Assembly: GCA_012295275.1 (NCBI GenBank)
Contig: CM022672.1
Coordinates: 3,720,001 to 3,784,000 of the forward strand
DNA: 64,000 bases
Source: Chrysomallon squamiferum
Taxonomy: Eukaryota > Animalia > Mollusca
Direction: 5' to 3'
The first letter of the stretch is position 1, and each line of letters opens with the position of its first letter. The translations under genes were made by a program, and so were the position numbers. Below the pieces are notes generated by a model, which saw nothing but the letters and a program-made list of their open reading frames with translations, ran no database searches and was not told the origin of the DNA. Shown here one piece after another: positions 27,770-41,070 of this stretch.

Positions 27770-28330
27770 GACAGACAGACACACAAAGAGCACAAAAAGA
27801 TGTTCTTTTTTCTCACACATATAAAATTATCAACGTAGATTGACGTCTATTACATGCACTCGTCATTTAACGACCAAGTTTCGGAACTAAGACCGGGTTC
27901 TTAAGCGAACTGGTCGATAAGCGAGAATCCGCCTCTTACCGATATTTCTAGTATGCTGTACTGACAGTGGGTTTTATCAACCATCTTTAGATATTTGTTT
28001 TAATGTTACCTTTTCAACAATTAAAAAAATATATATATATGTATGCTCTAATATGCATTACTTAGGTCTGGATGCTGTAAGTAATGGTAATCGTAAAAAT
28101 GTATTCTAAATAAAGTATAGGTTTAAAGGACACTCCAACTTGACAACGTTCGATTTAATCTCATTAACTTACTTATTACAGTACATAATAATACTATCAG
28201 CAAAAATTCGAATTTCTTGTAATATGAGGTGGATCACGCGGTAGAAATTCATAGACGAAACGTGTAGTCTTGGATATTTCAAACGTTAATGTTAGTGAAT
28301 ACATATAATTATTTGTAAACAATTATATAA

Positions 28331-28373
<43 letters not shown>

Positions 28374-28377
28374 AATA

Positions 28378-28424
<47 letters not shown>

Positions 28425-29095
28425 TGATGAAGAGGAGGAAATGTAATGTGCATACTTTATTACAAAAAAAAAAAGAAACTAACCATAAGAAACAGTATGC
28501 ATGTATATATATATATATATATATATTTTATATAAATTACAAATAAGGACTTAATGTTGTAAATAAATAAATAAATAATGATTACGATGTGACTAAGATG
28601 ATGATAACAGAACAAAAATTATTAACAAACATTGGCTGTTTCAAAGCAATATATATTTATATAAACTCATTTATATATATATTAATAACCACTATACAAA
28701 ATATTTATAATATATCTTATCTATTAATGTTTTCAATTCACACTTCAAAAGTATGAACTCTAGAAGAGTACTGTGTAAATAACAAAACACTTAAAAAACA
28801 TGTTCTGCGGTCAAGCTGTGAAATATTTAGTAAATGTTTTCATCAACGTCATTCCTGCACTCTGGTTTTGTTTTTTCATCCGTCTAAAATAACGAGTTTT
28901 TGTCGAACGAGAGAGTTCATTGATCTGTACGTGTGATACAAGTCTCCAGTTAAGGTTTTCTTGTAAGGTGATTGTGTTTCTGCAATTATTTCAGATAAGA
29001 AGTTAAAAAGACAAGAAGAAGAAGAAGAAGAATAAATGACTGGATGGATGGATGGTTAGACAAACAGACAGATAGATGTAGACATCTAGCTGTTG

Positions 29096-29425
29096 CTGCT
29101 ACCAACACTACTACTACTACTATTACTACTACTACTATTACTACTACCAGAACTACTACTACTACTATTACTACTAATACTACTAATACTACTAATACTA
29201 TTACTACTACCAACACTACTACTACTACTATTACTACTACCAACACTACTACTACTACTATTACTACTACTACTGCTAGTACTATTACTACTACTATTAC
29301 TGCTATTACTACTACTACTACTAGTACTATTACTACTACTACTACCACCACTACTACTACCACTACTATTGCTACTGCTACTACTCGTAACAACAACAAC
29401 AACAACAACAACAACAGTAACAGTA
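29096..29425. repeat. (ACT)n/(AAC)n trinucleotide array
   Basis: Direct reading; explains the poly-T, poly-L and poly-V ORFs. Confidence 0.95.
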
Positions 29426-29750
29426 ATGGTACTGCGACATGTTATTCTCTGAAAATACGTCCGGTTCGTTAATCAAAGTTAGAAAGTAACGGAAACGCCT
29501 GTCTCTTGTAGTACAATGGCCGCCTCCTTGTGAGTACCGGAAACGAAGTAAATGGACAGAACTCACTGGAATTTTAGTCAAGCTGGAATTCTTTAATGTC
29601 TGGAGTTCTGTCAGTATTCTGTTATTTTTTGTTTTTGTAAACGTCCGTACTTACAGTTTCTTTTCAGTAATCTTAAAATCTGTTCTTATCTTCTCACGGT
29701 TGAAACCATGCTGTTAATTATGAAGCCGTCAATTCAGTTTTAGCTAACAG

Positions 29751-29793
<43 letters not shown>

Positions 29794-30819
29794 AATCAGA
29801 GAAAATAGTGAAGGAATAAACTTACTGAAATAAAAGATAATTTCTATTAAATGAAATTGCTTATATAAAGTAACATCAATAAATAATAAAATAATGGGAA
29901 AAAGGATTGCCTTTCTCTCCTAAGAAAAATACCCCATCTTTCACGACATAAATATATTTATCATTTATTACTCATTGAATACGTATTTCTTGTACATGTA
30001 ATATACCTGCAAACATAGGCCTACATACCTAGATACACACACGATATTCATACATATTTCACCTGTGTTCATATATAATTATGTACATAAATGGTTCTAC
30101 CTGGGTCACTATATACACTCACCATTTTGTAGATAATTATTCTTTTTCATAAATCTTGTCAGGCTTCGTTTTTGAAATGAATAATATTTTAATAAAAAAA
30201 ACTTTGCACTTTTGTTAAGTTTATATAGAACTATTTTAATATTAACAGTGACAGATAATAAACAACATCTATTTTCTTAAGTAATTCGTAAATGAAAATT
30301 AATTAATTTAATGAGACGCTTAACATCGTCTGTATAGAGAGTTATCGATCCTGAGAAAAGCACAAGTTTTAGTTAAATCAAATCTCAAGATGTCTCTGTT
30401 GTTTGGAAAGGTATGTCAGTAAGTAATTGTTGTCATGACAAAAAATAAATTAAAAATTAGGTCATGATGACTGGTGAACTAATCGAGTAATCGGAACAGT
30501 GAACATCAAACCAAAATCTGAATTTTAATTTTGTATTTAATAAAAATACACTGAAACCATCTGTAACGAATCAACACCCAAAATGCTGAAATAACTTTCC
30601 ATAATGTAAATCTGATGTGAGATATAAAACTGGAATAAAAGTGTTGATTCTTTACTGTATGTATATGTATGTATATGTATGTATATGTATGTATGTATGT
30701 ATTTATATATTATTAGAAACAGCACTGAAATATAATTTAATAAAACATACATTAATACACTTCAATATCAAATAACGCAATGCAGTATATTACAAAAAAA
30801 ACAACAACAACACCAACAA

Positions 30820-31120
30820 AAAGTGCCGTACAATACGATACAGTAAATTACAACCATATACAGCACAGTGCAGTACAAACATTATTTCACAAAACATAAC
30901 AAAATACAACACTCCAGTGTTATACAGTAAAATACTACATTAAACATTACAACTAATCATAATACTGTATAGTACAAAACAATAATACAATACAATACGA
31001 TACGATACGTAATGGTGCAATAAAATACGATACGTTACGATACGATACGTTACCTTACGATACGATACGATACGATACGTAATTATGCAATACCATGCGG
31101 CACTCTACGATACGATAACA
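30820..31120. repeat. Degenerate pentanucleotide array (TACAA/TACGA)n
   Basis: Direct reading. Confidence 0.85.
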
Positions 31121-31989
31121 ATGCATATACAAACACCACTTAAAGAAATACCGTCAGACATAAATATTTATTATGCCATAAATACTTTACCTTCTGACAG
31201 TACAAACACACTTATAGACAGTTAACATAATCATTATTTTTACTACAGGGCCTTTCCTAAATCCTACTACCTATATTTTCGTCCATATTTCTAATCAAAA
31301 CAGTCTTAAAATCAATTACACCAGCATACAAGAAAGGATACGACAACACAGAGTCTAACAGAAGAATGGATAACATCAAAGAATTCTAGCTTTACTAAAA
31401 TTTCATGGAGTTTTGGTTGCACTTTCTTTATTTCCGGCATGCGCAATCAAAGGGCAAGTACGATTCGAAGGACAGAAATTACTTGATATCTGAGCTTGAT
31501 GTATTTCGATGCAAATTAAATAGTAAGAGGAGAAGATATATTAGTGTTGTTGCTGTTCTGATTGATATTGTTCTTGTTCTTCTTCATCTAAAGTTTATCA
31601 TCATCGCCATCATTATCATCATTATCGCCATCATTATCATCATCATCGCCTTTATTATTATTATTGTTATTATTATATTAAACAAGGAAAAATGAAGTCG
31701 AAATTTTGATTTTTCAAATATTTTAAAAATATTTATTTATTTATTTATTTATTGTCAAATCAGATGATGTACCAACATGACACTTATATATATTTTTTTA
31801 TCTGTATTTATTATTATTATTATTTTTTTTTTTTTCAGAAATAAACTAACAATGACAGCACTCCTCCTACACGTCGATCATGCCTTGTACAGGAATTTTA
31901 ATAGTAAAAATAACAAACTTGTGTATTGTTATACACACTGTATACTGAATGTTAGGCGGTTAATTAAGCGTGCATTTTGGGTCATCTGT

Positions 31990-32083
31990 AGCCTATCAGG
32001 TTTATGTATCGATTTAAGATAGATATTATATACAAAGGTCGCAATGATAGTTCTTCCTCGTTAACTTAGCATCAAAAAACAAG
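31990..32083 (+). other. Putative non-coding 5' UTR exon of GPCR copy 1 (5' boundary approximate)
   Basis: Block beginning gcctatcaggttt and ending AAG|GTAAGT is conserved upstream of all three copies; it would splice to the acceptor at 33706/33707. Confidence 0.65.
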
Positions 32084-33707
32084 GTAAGTTACAGAATTGA
32101 TTTGTTTTGTTGGTGTAATTCTGCTAGCAAGACCTTTTGTTAGGTAATGCAATTTATCACAGTAGATGGGTGGGTATTACTATTTTCCTCCATTGTTTGA
32201 ATATTATTATTTGAAGAAATATTTTTAGTTGATATAAAAATTATTAATTATATTATACATTGTTTCCATTTGTAATAAAATAATTTATCTCAAACTAGAT
32301 AATACGAGGTGTATTTTTGAATATGTTTTTGAATCGATGTCCACTTAGAGCGATTGTTACTTATGTAATGAGAATAAATCAGTGACGGATTCGTTACGAA
32401 ACAAAATGAATTTAAGTTTCGGGACCCCTGCTCTTAGAGGGACCCCAGAAGCGATTTTAGTCTTCACTGCTCTAAAGTTTACAAAATGAAATGAGTCTTT
32501 AAATTTACAAAATCTGTCATGGACGTTTTGCCATACGAGAAGAAGATAATAAGCGATACAAATACATTCTTATTGTTTTGGTTATGAAAATACTACAGAA
32601 ACAGAATTTTAAATACCCCTTCAAGTTAGTTTTAAATAAATATATTACTATTGTTTGGGGTAATAAAATAAAATAAATCGTTTGTATATTGTTGCTAAAC
32701 TAATGTCTAAACATGCTGTTTGTCTCTTTTTGTTCATCAATATCTAGTGTATGAATTTTTGTTATTTAAGAAAAGAAGGCTTTTTTAAAAATAATTTGTT
32801 CTTCTTCGTACTGAAAATCTGAGCTGGTGTTAATCGAAAATAATCATAATTCAATGTCTTAATAGAAATTAGTCAGTTTCTGATCTCAATGAAATTAGTG
32901 AAAAACACAAAGCGTCATTAATGTCAGTTCTTAAGGAAAATGTATTGGTATTTTTATTTTGTATAAGATAGAATGACCTCCACCGTTAACGCTGGAAGAA
33001 CTGTTATATGTAATTGAATAGATCATTAATTTTGTCGATAATGTATCTGAATAATATGGGGCTAAGTTTTAGTTTTATCTGTGCAAATAAAATAACATAA
33101 CATAAAATAAAATATAATAAACGAAAATGAATGAATGAATGAATGAATAAATAAATAAATAAATAAATAAATAAGAAAGAAAGAAAGAAAGAAAGAAATG
33201 AAACAATAGAAATCAGAAAGAATGAAGAACAAAACAAATAAAAAAGAAAAACGAGTTTAAGAAATTAATATCGGACAAAGCAGAATGGTTGAGAGAAATA
33301 TTTAATAAAATAAAGAGAGAAAGGAGAAAGAACGAAAGAATTAATGAAAGAAAAGAACAAAATTTGACAAAAATATTAATGATGAAAGATAATTAAAATA
33401 TAAGATAAAGAATGAAAGAAAAAAATCGAATGAAAAATAAAAGAAAGAATGAATAAAATAAAGATGAGAGAAAGAATCAAAGACAGAATTAAAATAAATG
33501 AATTGAAAGAAAGAAGATGAAGAAGAAAAGGAAAGATATAGTTTATTAATAGAATGTAAGTCTTAATGACAGTGAAATAATTCTGATGCCTTAACTAACA
33601 CAAATGACTATATATTTATGTAAGTAAATTACTAATTAAATAAATAAACATGTTTATGGAGTAATTTACAGATAATAAACTGTATTTATTTTATTTTATC
33701 TTTCAGA

Positions 33708-35237
33708 ATGTGTTTCCATAGTACGATATTGTTTATGTGTTTGATCGTACTGCTTTCATATTGTCAGAGTAATAATGTTATGGAAGAAAGTATCATAGAA
33801 AGAAAGATGACATCCAGTCCTAGCGCCAATAACATCGACAACTTTCAAAGAAAAACATCTACAGAGATGATACGAAAGACTACAAATGCGAAGAAAACAT
33901 CTGAATCAGTAACGACCGAAGCGATAGCAATTTCATCTTTAACATCTGGAGACTCAGCTTTATCTTCAACTACTGAAACCGTATCTGCTACCTCTTCATC
34001 GTCTGAAACTCTAGCTTTGACATCCGAAGCGAAGACAACTGTAGGAAAAATATCTGCCGCGATAACCGCTCTAACAACAAGAACTGAAGCTACGACGTCA
34101 TCGCTGAATGGAAACAACTCTGAAAATGTCTCCGAGTCCTCGAATAGTGCCGTTAAACGTTTCAAACTGGACCCACATGATTACCTTGACAAGATCGTCA
34201 CGCCTGTAACCCTAGTGGTAGGGTTGTTTGGCAATGCCGCAACTTTGTTTGCGTTACAAGGACATCCATTTAACAAAATACCATCTCAGTACGTACTGGC
34301 AGGTCTCGCTCTGACGGATTCTTTGGCCTTGGTGACGAACAGTCTGGGCAAAAAGATTGTAATCAATATGATGGGTTTCGACCTGCGTGCCTACTCAGAC
34401 ACCAGCTGTAAAATATTTATTTTTGCTGCACATTTTGCCAAAATACTTTCCTCGTGGTTTGTTGTGCTCGTTTGCTTCGAACGTTTTGTAGCTATCTGTC
34501 TGCCTCTGCACGCAAAGCGAATCTGCACGAAATCTAACGCTGTAAAAGGAATTGTTGCTACGTTGGTTATGGCAATAACGTACAGCGGAATCTGGACTCT
34601 GTCAACAGCAAAAGTAGGATCAAAATGTAATTCCAGTTACTGGACACCTGAAACGATGGTTCGTGGGAAGGCCATCATATTGATAGGATCTCTGCTGATC
34701 GGTGTCCTGCCTATGGCCATCATGGTCACACTGACGCCAGTAATGTGTGTGGTTTTACGACGAAATCGTCTCTCAAGAAAAGCGATTTCATCTAACCGCG
34801 GTAAGGAAGTGTCAAAAGTCTCAGCCATGTTAATCTCCATCTGTATATCGTACATCGTCCTTTTGCTGCCTCTTATAATATCTTACAATATGGCTTTCGT
34901 TAGAGGAGAGAATCTCTTCACAACGCAGTATCTTCCCTTGATGATTCTTGCCATCGTCGGAGTAAATTTCTCAGCCATCAACTACTCGTGTAATTTCTTT
35001 CTCTATCTCATATGTAACGCGGCATTCAGACGCAGGATGTTGGACGCTTCCCTTTTCAGAAAAAGAAAACAAGAATCTTCAAACTGCGTAATTCTGAGGC
35101 GTTTCCTACCCTTTCAACTATTTCTGGATAATATTTTTCTTCTTCTTTTTTGGGGGTTGTCCTTCTTGTTACTTATAATCTGTTACAAACTTAGTCAGAG
35201 AAGAAATTGTTCAGTAGTCACAAAATTTTATAGATAG
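33708..35237 (+). CDS. Class A GPCR, peptide-receptor-like (FMRFamide receptor/GPR139-142-type motif set), with signal peptide and mucin-like stalk; copy 1, C-terminus frameshifted relative to paralogues
   Basis: 509-aa ORF with hydrophobic N-terminal signal, Ser/Thr-rich stalk, GN, LALTD, ERF, LLLP and NYSCNFFLY motifs. Splice acceptor tttcag|A directly precedes the ATG. Confidence 0.9.
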   Translation: MCFHSTILFMCLIVLLSYCQSNNVMEESIIERKMTSSPSANNIDNFQRKTSTEMIRKTTNAKKTSESVTTEAIAISSLTSGDSALSSTTETVSATSSSSETLALTSEAKTTVGKISAAITALTTRTEATTSSLNGNNSENVSESSNSAVKRFKLDPHDYLDKIVTPVTLVVGLFGNAATLFALQGHPFNKIPSQYVLAGLALTDSLALVTNSLGKKIVINMMGFDLRAYSDTSCKIFIFAAHFAKILSSWFVVLVCFERFVAICLPLHAKRICTKSNAVKGIVATLVMAITYSGIWTLSTAKVGSKCNSSYWTPETMVRGKAIILIGSLLIGVLPMAIMVTLTPVMCVVLRRNRLSRKAISSNRGKEVSKVSAMLISICISYIVLLLPLIISYNMAFVRGENLFTTQYLPLMILAIVGVNFSAINYSCNFFLYLICNAAFRRRMLDASLFRKRKQESSNCVILRRFLPFQLFLDNIFLLLFWGLSFLLLIICYKLSQRRNCSVVTKFYR

Positions 35238-35717
35238 TTTTGTGTATGAACAGATAATAAGACTCAATTTCAGATTAATCCTAATCATAATGGAGAACTA
35301 ACGGAATGATTTTATGTGTTAATTTATCGTAAGGTTTGTGCTTGCGTATTTCGTTTGTAATAATGAATCAATCATTCATGGACAATAACCTTACGTTTTT
35401 AATCTAGTCGTTTTTTTTCTATATAAATATTTGTTATTAGCGTCAAAGTATTTCGGATTATAGAAATATAACTTATTAATGTTTTACTCGTTGATTTTCT
35501 GTTCTGTTTCATGTAAAATTGGTGGTTGTAATTTCAGTTCTGTCATATGTATTTGGAAAATAAAATATTTTTTAAATCGTTTTATTATTTGTTTTTCATG
35601 CACAAAAATTCAAATTCAAATGTCAGAGAGTTTAAGAAGATTCTTGAAAACGATGTAATTTTGGTAATAAAACTACACATCAGCGTATTTCATATTAATG
35701 AATTTTAATTGCCAGAT

Positions 35718-35809
<92 letters not shown>

Positions 35810-37429
35810 ATTGTACTATATTATTATTATTATTATTATTACTACACACATACGTATACTTACATACATACCATGCATGGTATCAGCTGATGAACTTACA
35901 GTTTAAAACATATTATACTAATCAACTACTGAATGATTAAAGATCTTTGTTACATCTACGTGCAACAGTATTGTCATGAACACCGGAACCTTTTAAACGT
36001 AACTTCAAAATTCTTTCCCAGAAAAGTTGTGAGTGTGCCCCTTTTATTTAGTATTTTTAATTTTTTTACAAATTTATTTAGGTTTTATTATTATTATTAT
36101 TATTTTTATTATTTTTTGAACATCTATTATACCAAAGAAAATACAAAATATAATAAGCTTCTATCCTGTTCTATCAGTCTGATATTAAAACTTTTTAATG
36201 TTTTCTGGATGGATTTTATTGGTACAATCGAATATTAGAGGTAAATATTTAATCAAACACTGTACAAATTAAAGCTACGTTCTTTAAAATATTTTAAGTG
36301 TCTGTGCAGTGACAAGAAACAATTCAGTTCTTTCTCGCATTCATCTTCTGATCTCAGTACACGTGTATCTAAGCTGCAGTCAAACACTCTACAGGCCATT
36401 TTCTCGATCAGAGGCCTTCCTCAGCCTGCACAAAAATACACAATATAACTCACGTGATATTTGAACGATCACAATCGTTTGGTTTGTTCAACTACCACAG
36501 TAATTTAATATGATAAAATACTGGCATCTTTTCTCAGTGTATTGAACACTGTAGAATTCGCCTGCCAGCGTCCTTGTTGTAGCAACTATTATATTATGGT
36601 CCACGTGAACCGTGTGTGATTTTTCAACAGTATCCTTTACATAAAGTTATCGTGTCCTTTTTGTCATAGTTCCCACCCCTCATCAGAAAAGCTGGATCGG
36701 CCTCATTGTGGATATTTCTGTATTTGAATTTGTATTCTGCCTTTTACAAACACAACTATAACATAATATTTTTATACAGCGTTTTTCTACAAAGTTTCTT
36801 ATTTCTAATCAGCCTCTGGTGTTATCGTTGTTGCTTTTCTCTTTTATCATCATCATCATCATCATCATCATTATTATATTAAAGAAAGATAAACACTTTG
36901 CGAATTTAGATTTTATAAATACATGAAACCAAAACACAAATGATTGTGTATATTATAAAAAAAGGTCCTTGTTGATATTATTCGGTCTCTGACCTGAAAA
37001 ACAGTAAATGTCATTAAACTTTGAAACCGTCTAAAAGTTGAAATCCTTGGAAATTTAATCCAAAATCAATTACATATATCAAATTGTTTTCATATATTAG
37101 TTGCAGTATATTGTTGTTTTTCTTTTTGTTGTTGTTTTTGTTTCTGACATTTCTGTATATAATGTACATTCAGTATTATTAGGTATCAAAACAAATCATT
37201 TGATTTATTTATTTGTTTACTGTCAAATCAGAGGACGTGCCCACAGCAAACACACTTGAACAGTTTTCTTACAGAAGCTTTGTAACAATTACACCACACC
37301 CCTTAAAGGTCGGTCGCGCCTTATATGGAAATATTATAACAGTAATAATACATGTTTGTGTTAGTGCATACGTTGTATGGAGAATTTTAGAATCTTAATT
37401 AAGCAAGTATTTTGAGTGTGTGGACGCAG

Positions 37430-37523
37430 CCTATCAGGTTTGTGTATTGATTTAAGATAAATATTACATAGAAAGATCACAACTACACTTCACTGTCATA
37501 ACATCAAACCATCAAACATCAAG
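37430..37523 (+). other. Putative non-coding 5' UTR exon of GPCR copy 2 (5' boundary approximate)
   Basis: Homologous block ending AAG|GTAAGT. Confidence 0.65.
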
Positions 37524-38997
37524 GTAAGTTTCAGATTAAGTATATTATTTTATATACACAGAAATTCCACTCTCAAGACATTTGTTACAGGTAATATAAT
37601 TTACCATGATAGACGGTATTTATGTTACTGAACTTATCTTTTATCCCACGTTGTTTGAATAGTATTATTTGAGGGAATTTTTTTTATTTAGCATTAAAAA
37701 TATATATTATAATTATGATGTTCCCATTTGCAATATAAAAATTAATCTCTAAATTTTAATTTACTTATAGCGATTTTCTTTTCCAATATAATAAATTTAA
37801 TAACTAATATTTGTTTCGATTAAAAAGCCAAAATATACTGAATTTGTGTCTGCGTCAAATAAAAGTTTATTATTAATCCATGTATTTGATATAGGTAAAA
37901 TATAACAAGATGTTTTTGGTTGTGAAACTATTAAATATATAAAAAGTTTACATGTATATACTGTATATACTGTAGCAAGAATAATGTCTAAAAGAGTCAC
38001 TGATACTGCATCAGCGAGCATGCATACCTCTAGCAGCATTTGTTTGTTTAATTGCAGAACGTTTTCGTAATAATTCATACATTTGATATCTTCTTATATA
38101 AACTGAAGGTTCAAACTGACACGCTATTTGATTGATTATATTCACGGATATTGCAAGACAGAAGAAAGTTATTTATAAAAACAGAAGAGTGGTGTCCACA
38201 GTCTGTGAGACGTGTCCAGTGACCTTCACTCACAGCTTGGGACACCATGGTAACGGGACCCTTAAAGTTAGGTGTTATCTCGGAATCCACACTCAGTTAC
38301 TGGAGGTCTTTCCCATCCGCCTTACTGAACTAGGGGACAGGGGAGAGAGAGAGTTGCTGGCAAAACAAAACAAGAACAAAAATCTCAACAAATCTTCCAG
38401 CTAATCCAGTGGAAATCTGAGAGTTTTCAACAAAAAGACAAAACTTGAACAAAATCTACACCAAACATACAGAAGTGTCCAGCTTATCAAGACAGGCTGT
38501 TTGGCTAATCGAGACTAGGTTTACATTTTTTTCCGCCAACTCTTTTCCGAGGGTAGTCGACACACTCCGCCATGAGTGTGTTCATATTCAGTGATTTTTA
38601 CTGTAGCTCCGCGTTCAACGGACGAGTGCATTTCGGAACCGTCAAATTTGTTTTCTTCTTATTTTATTATTTTTGTTTTTACGACTGCCATTTCACACTT
38701 TGCACGTTATCGTGACCTGCGTTTTCTGCAGTCCGTTCACGGAAAATATGAAAGAAATAGTTTATTTTAGAATATTAATGTACGTGTGTTGTGTATTTAC
38801 AATGTTTCCTCCATACAAACTACAGCTTTCAAAGAATCCTTGCCCTTTACCTATCTTCCAACAGATTTTCTTTCGAATAAATAATTTTAAAAAATTAAAA
38901 ATTAAAAAATAATTAAATAAGTAATACACTAATTGGATAAATAATCAAAGTTAACAAGTAATTACAGCGTATACATTGTATTTATAATATTTTCAGA

Positions 38998-40419
38998 ATG
39001 TATTTCTTTCCTACTACGATTTTAATGTGTTTGACCATTGAGTTTTCCTACTGTCAGAGTAATGACGTTATTCAGCAAGGTGAAGTGAAACGAACGTCAG
39101 TATCCAGTCTAAATATGAGCAGCATCGACAACTTTCAGACTCAGACACCTACAGAAAAGATACGAAAGTCTACGGATCCTGAAAAAACATCAGAATTTAC
39201 AGCTTCCGAAGCGTTAACAGCTTTAATTACAACGTCCGAAACTGTTACTAATTTGCCTTCAACGTTTGTAGCGATAACAACTCCAGCTACAACGTCCGAA
39301 GCTACGACAATTGTAGCTGCAACGCTTGAAGAGAAGATAACGAGTCCAACAACAAGGTCTGAAACCACATCGTCGCCGCTCAATGGAAATAACTCTGATA
39401 ACGGCTCAGAAAATGCTACTAAATCCTCGAATGGTTCGGTTAAACGTTTAATACTGGACATTAATGATTACCTTAGTAAGATCGTCACGCCTGTAACTCT
39501 GGTAGTAGGATTGTTGGGCAATGCCGCAACTTTGTTCTCAATTCGAGGTCATCCTTTCAGCAAAATACCGTCACAGTACGTACTGGCAGGTCTCTCTCTG
39601 TCGGATTCTGTGGCCTTGGTGACAAAGAGTCTGGGCAAAAAGATTTTCATTAATATAATGGGTGTCGACATCCATGCCTACTCAGACACCAGCTGTAAAA
39701 TATCTATTTTTGCGGCACATTTTTCTAAGATACTTTCTTCGTGGTTTGTTGTGCTCGTTTGCTTCGAACGTTTTGTAGCTATCTGTCTGCCTCTGCACGC
39801 AAAGCGAATCTGCACGAAATCTAACGCTCTGAAAGGAATTGTTGCTACGTTGGTTGTGGCAATAACGTACAGCGGAATCTGGACCCTGTCGTCAGTAAAA
39901 ATGAGATCAAAATGCAATCCAAGTTACTGGACGCCTGAAACGATGGTTCGTGGGAAGGCCATCATATTGATAGGATCTCTGCTAATCGGTGTCCTGCCTA
40001 TGGCCATCATGGTCACACTGACGCCAGTAATGTGTGTGGTTTTACGACGAAATCATCTCTCAAGAAAAGCTATTTCATCTAACCGCGGTAAGGAAGTGTC
40101 AAAAGTCTCAGCCATGTTAATCTCCATCTGTATATCGTACATCGTCCTTCTGTTGCCTCTCATAGTATCTCACAACCTGGCTTTTTTTAGAGGCGATAAC
40201 CTCTTCTCAACGCAGTATCTTCCCTTGATGATTCTTGCCGTCATCGGAGATAATTTCTCAGCCATCAACTACTCGTGTAATTTCTTTCTTTATCTCATAT
40301 GTAACAAGGCATTCAGACGCAGGATGTTCGACGCTTGCCTTTTGAGAAAAAGAAAACAAGAATCTTCAACACAGCGTAATTCTGAGGCGTTTCCTACCCT
40401 TTCAACTATTTCTGGATAA
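38998..40419 (+). CDS. Class A GPCR with signal peptide and mucin-like stalk; copy 2
   Basis: 473-aa ORF with the same motifs as copy 1; near-identical to copy 3; acceptor AG at 38995-38996. Confidence 0.92.
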   Translation: MYFFPTTILMCLTIEFSYCQSNDVIQQGEVKRTSVSSLNMSSIDNFQTQTPTEKIRKSTDPEKTSEFTASEALTALITTSETVTNLPSTFVAITTPATTSEATTIVAATLEEKITSPTTRSETTSSPLNGNNSDNGSENATKSSNGSVKRLILDINDYLSKIVTPVTLVVGLLGNAATLFSIRGHPFSKIPSQYVLAGLSLSDSVALVTKSLGKKIFINIMGVDIHAYSDTSCKISIFAAHFSKILSSWFVVLVCFERFVAICLPLHAKRICTKSNALKGIVATLVVAITYSGIWTLSSVKMRSKCNPSYWTPETMVRGKAIILIGSLLIGVLPMAIMVTLTPVMCVVLRRNHLSRKAISSNRGKEVSKVSAMLISICISYIVLLLPLIVSHNLAFFRGDNLFSTQYLPLMILAVIGDNFSAINYSCNFFLYLICNKAFRRRMFDACLLRKRKQESSTQRNSEAFPTLSTISG

Positions 40420-40995
40420 TATTTTTCTTCTTCTTTTTTTGGAGTTGTCTTTCTTGTTACTTATAATCTGTTACAAACTTAGTCAGAGAAGAAATTGTTC
40501 AGTAGTCACAAAATTTTCTAGATAGTTTTGTGTATGAACAGATAATAAGACTCAATTTCAGATTAATCCTAGTCATAATGGAGAATCAACGGAATGATTT
40601 TATGTGTTAATTTATCGTAAGGTTTGTGCTGGCGTATTTCGTTTGTAATAATGAATCAATCATTCATGGACAATAATCTTACGTTTTTAATCTAGTCGTT
40701 TTTTTTCTATATAAATATTTGTTATTAGCGTCAAAGTATTTCGGATTATAGACATATAACATATTGATGTTTTACTCATTGATTTTCTGTTCTGTTTCAT
40801 GTAAAATTGGTGGTTGTAATTTCAGTTCTGTCATGCGTATTTGGAAAATAAAATATTTTTAAAATCTTTATATTATTTGTTTTTCATGCACCAAATTCAA
40901 ATGTCAGAGAGTTTAAGTAGATTCTTGAAAACGATGTAATTTTAGTAATAAAACTATACATCAGTGTATTTCATATTAACGAATTTTAACTGCCA

Positions 40996-41070
<75 letters not shown>

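Noticed and set aside
28986-29472. Thr-rich mucin-like ORF and poly-Leu/poly-Val ORFs
   Set aside because: Translations of an (ACT)n microsatellite; no splice or domain support.
35870-35915. CTGATGA motif next to the palindrome CCATGCATGG (hammerhead ribozyme candidate; also near 41147)
   Set aside because: No GAAA core after stem II and no convincing stems I and III.
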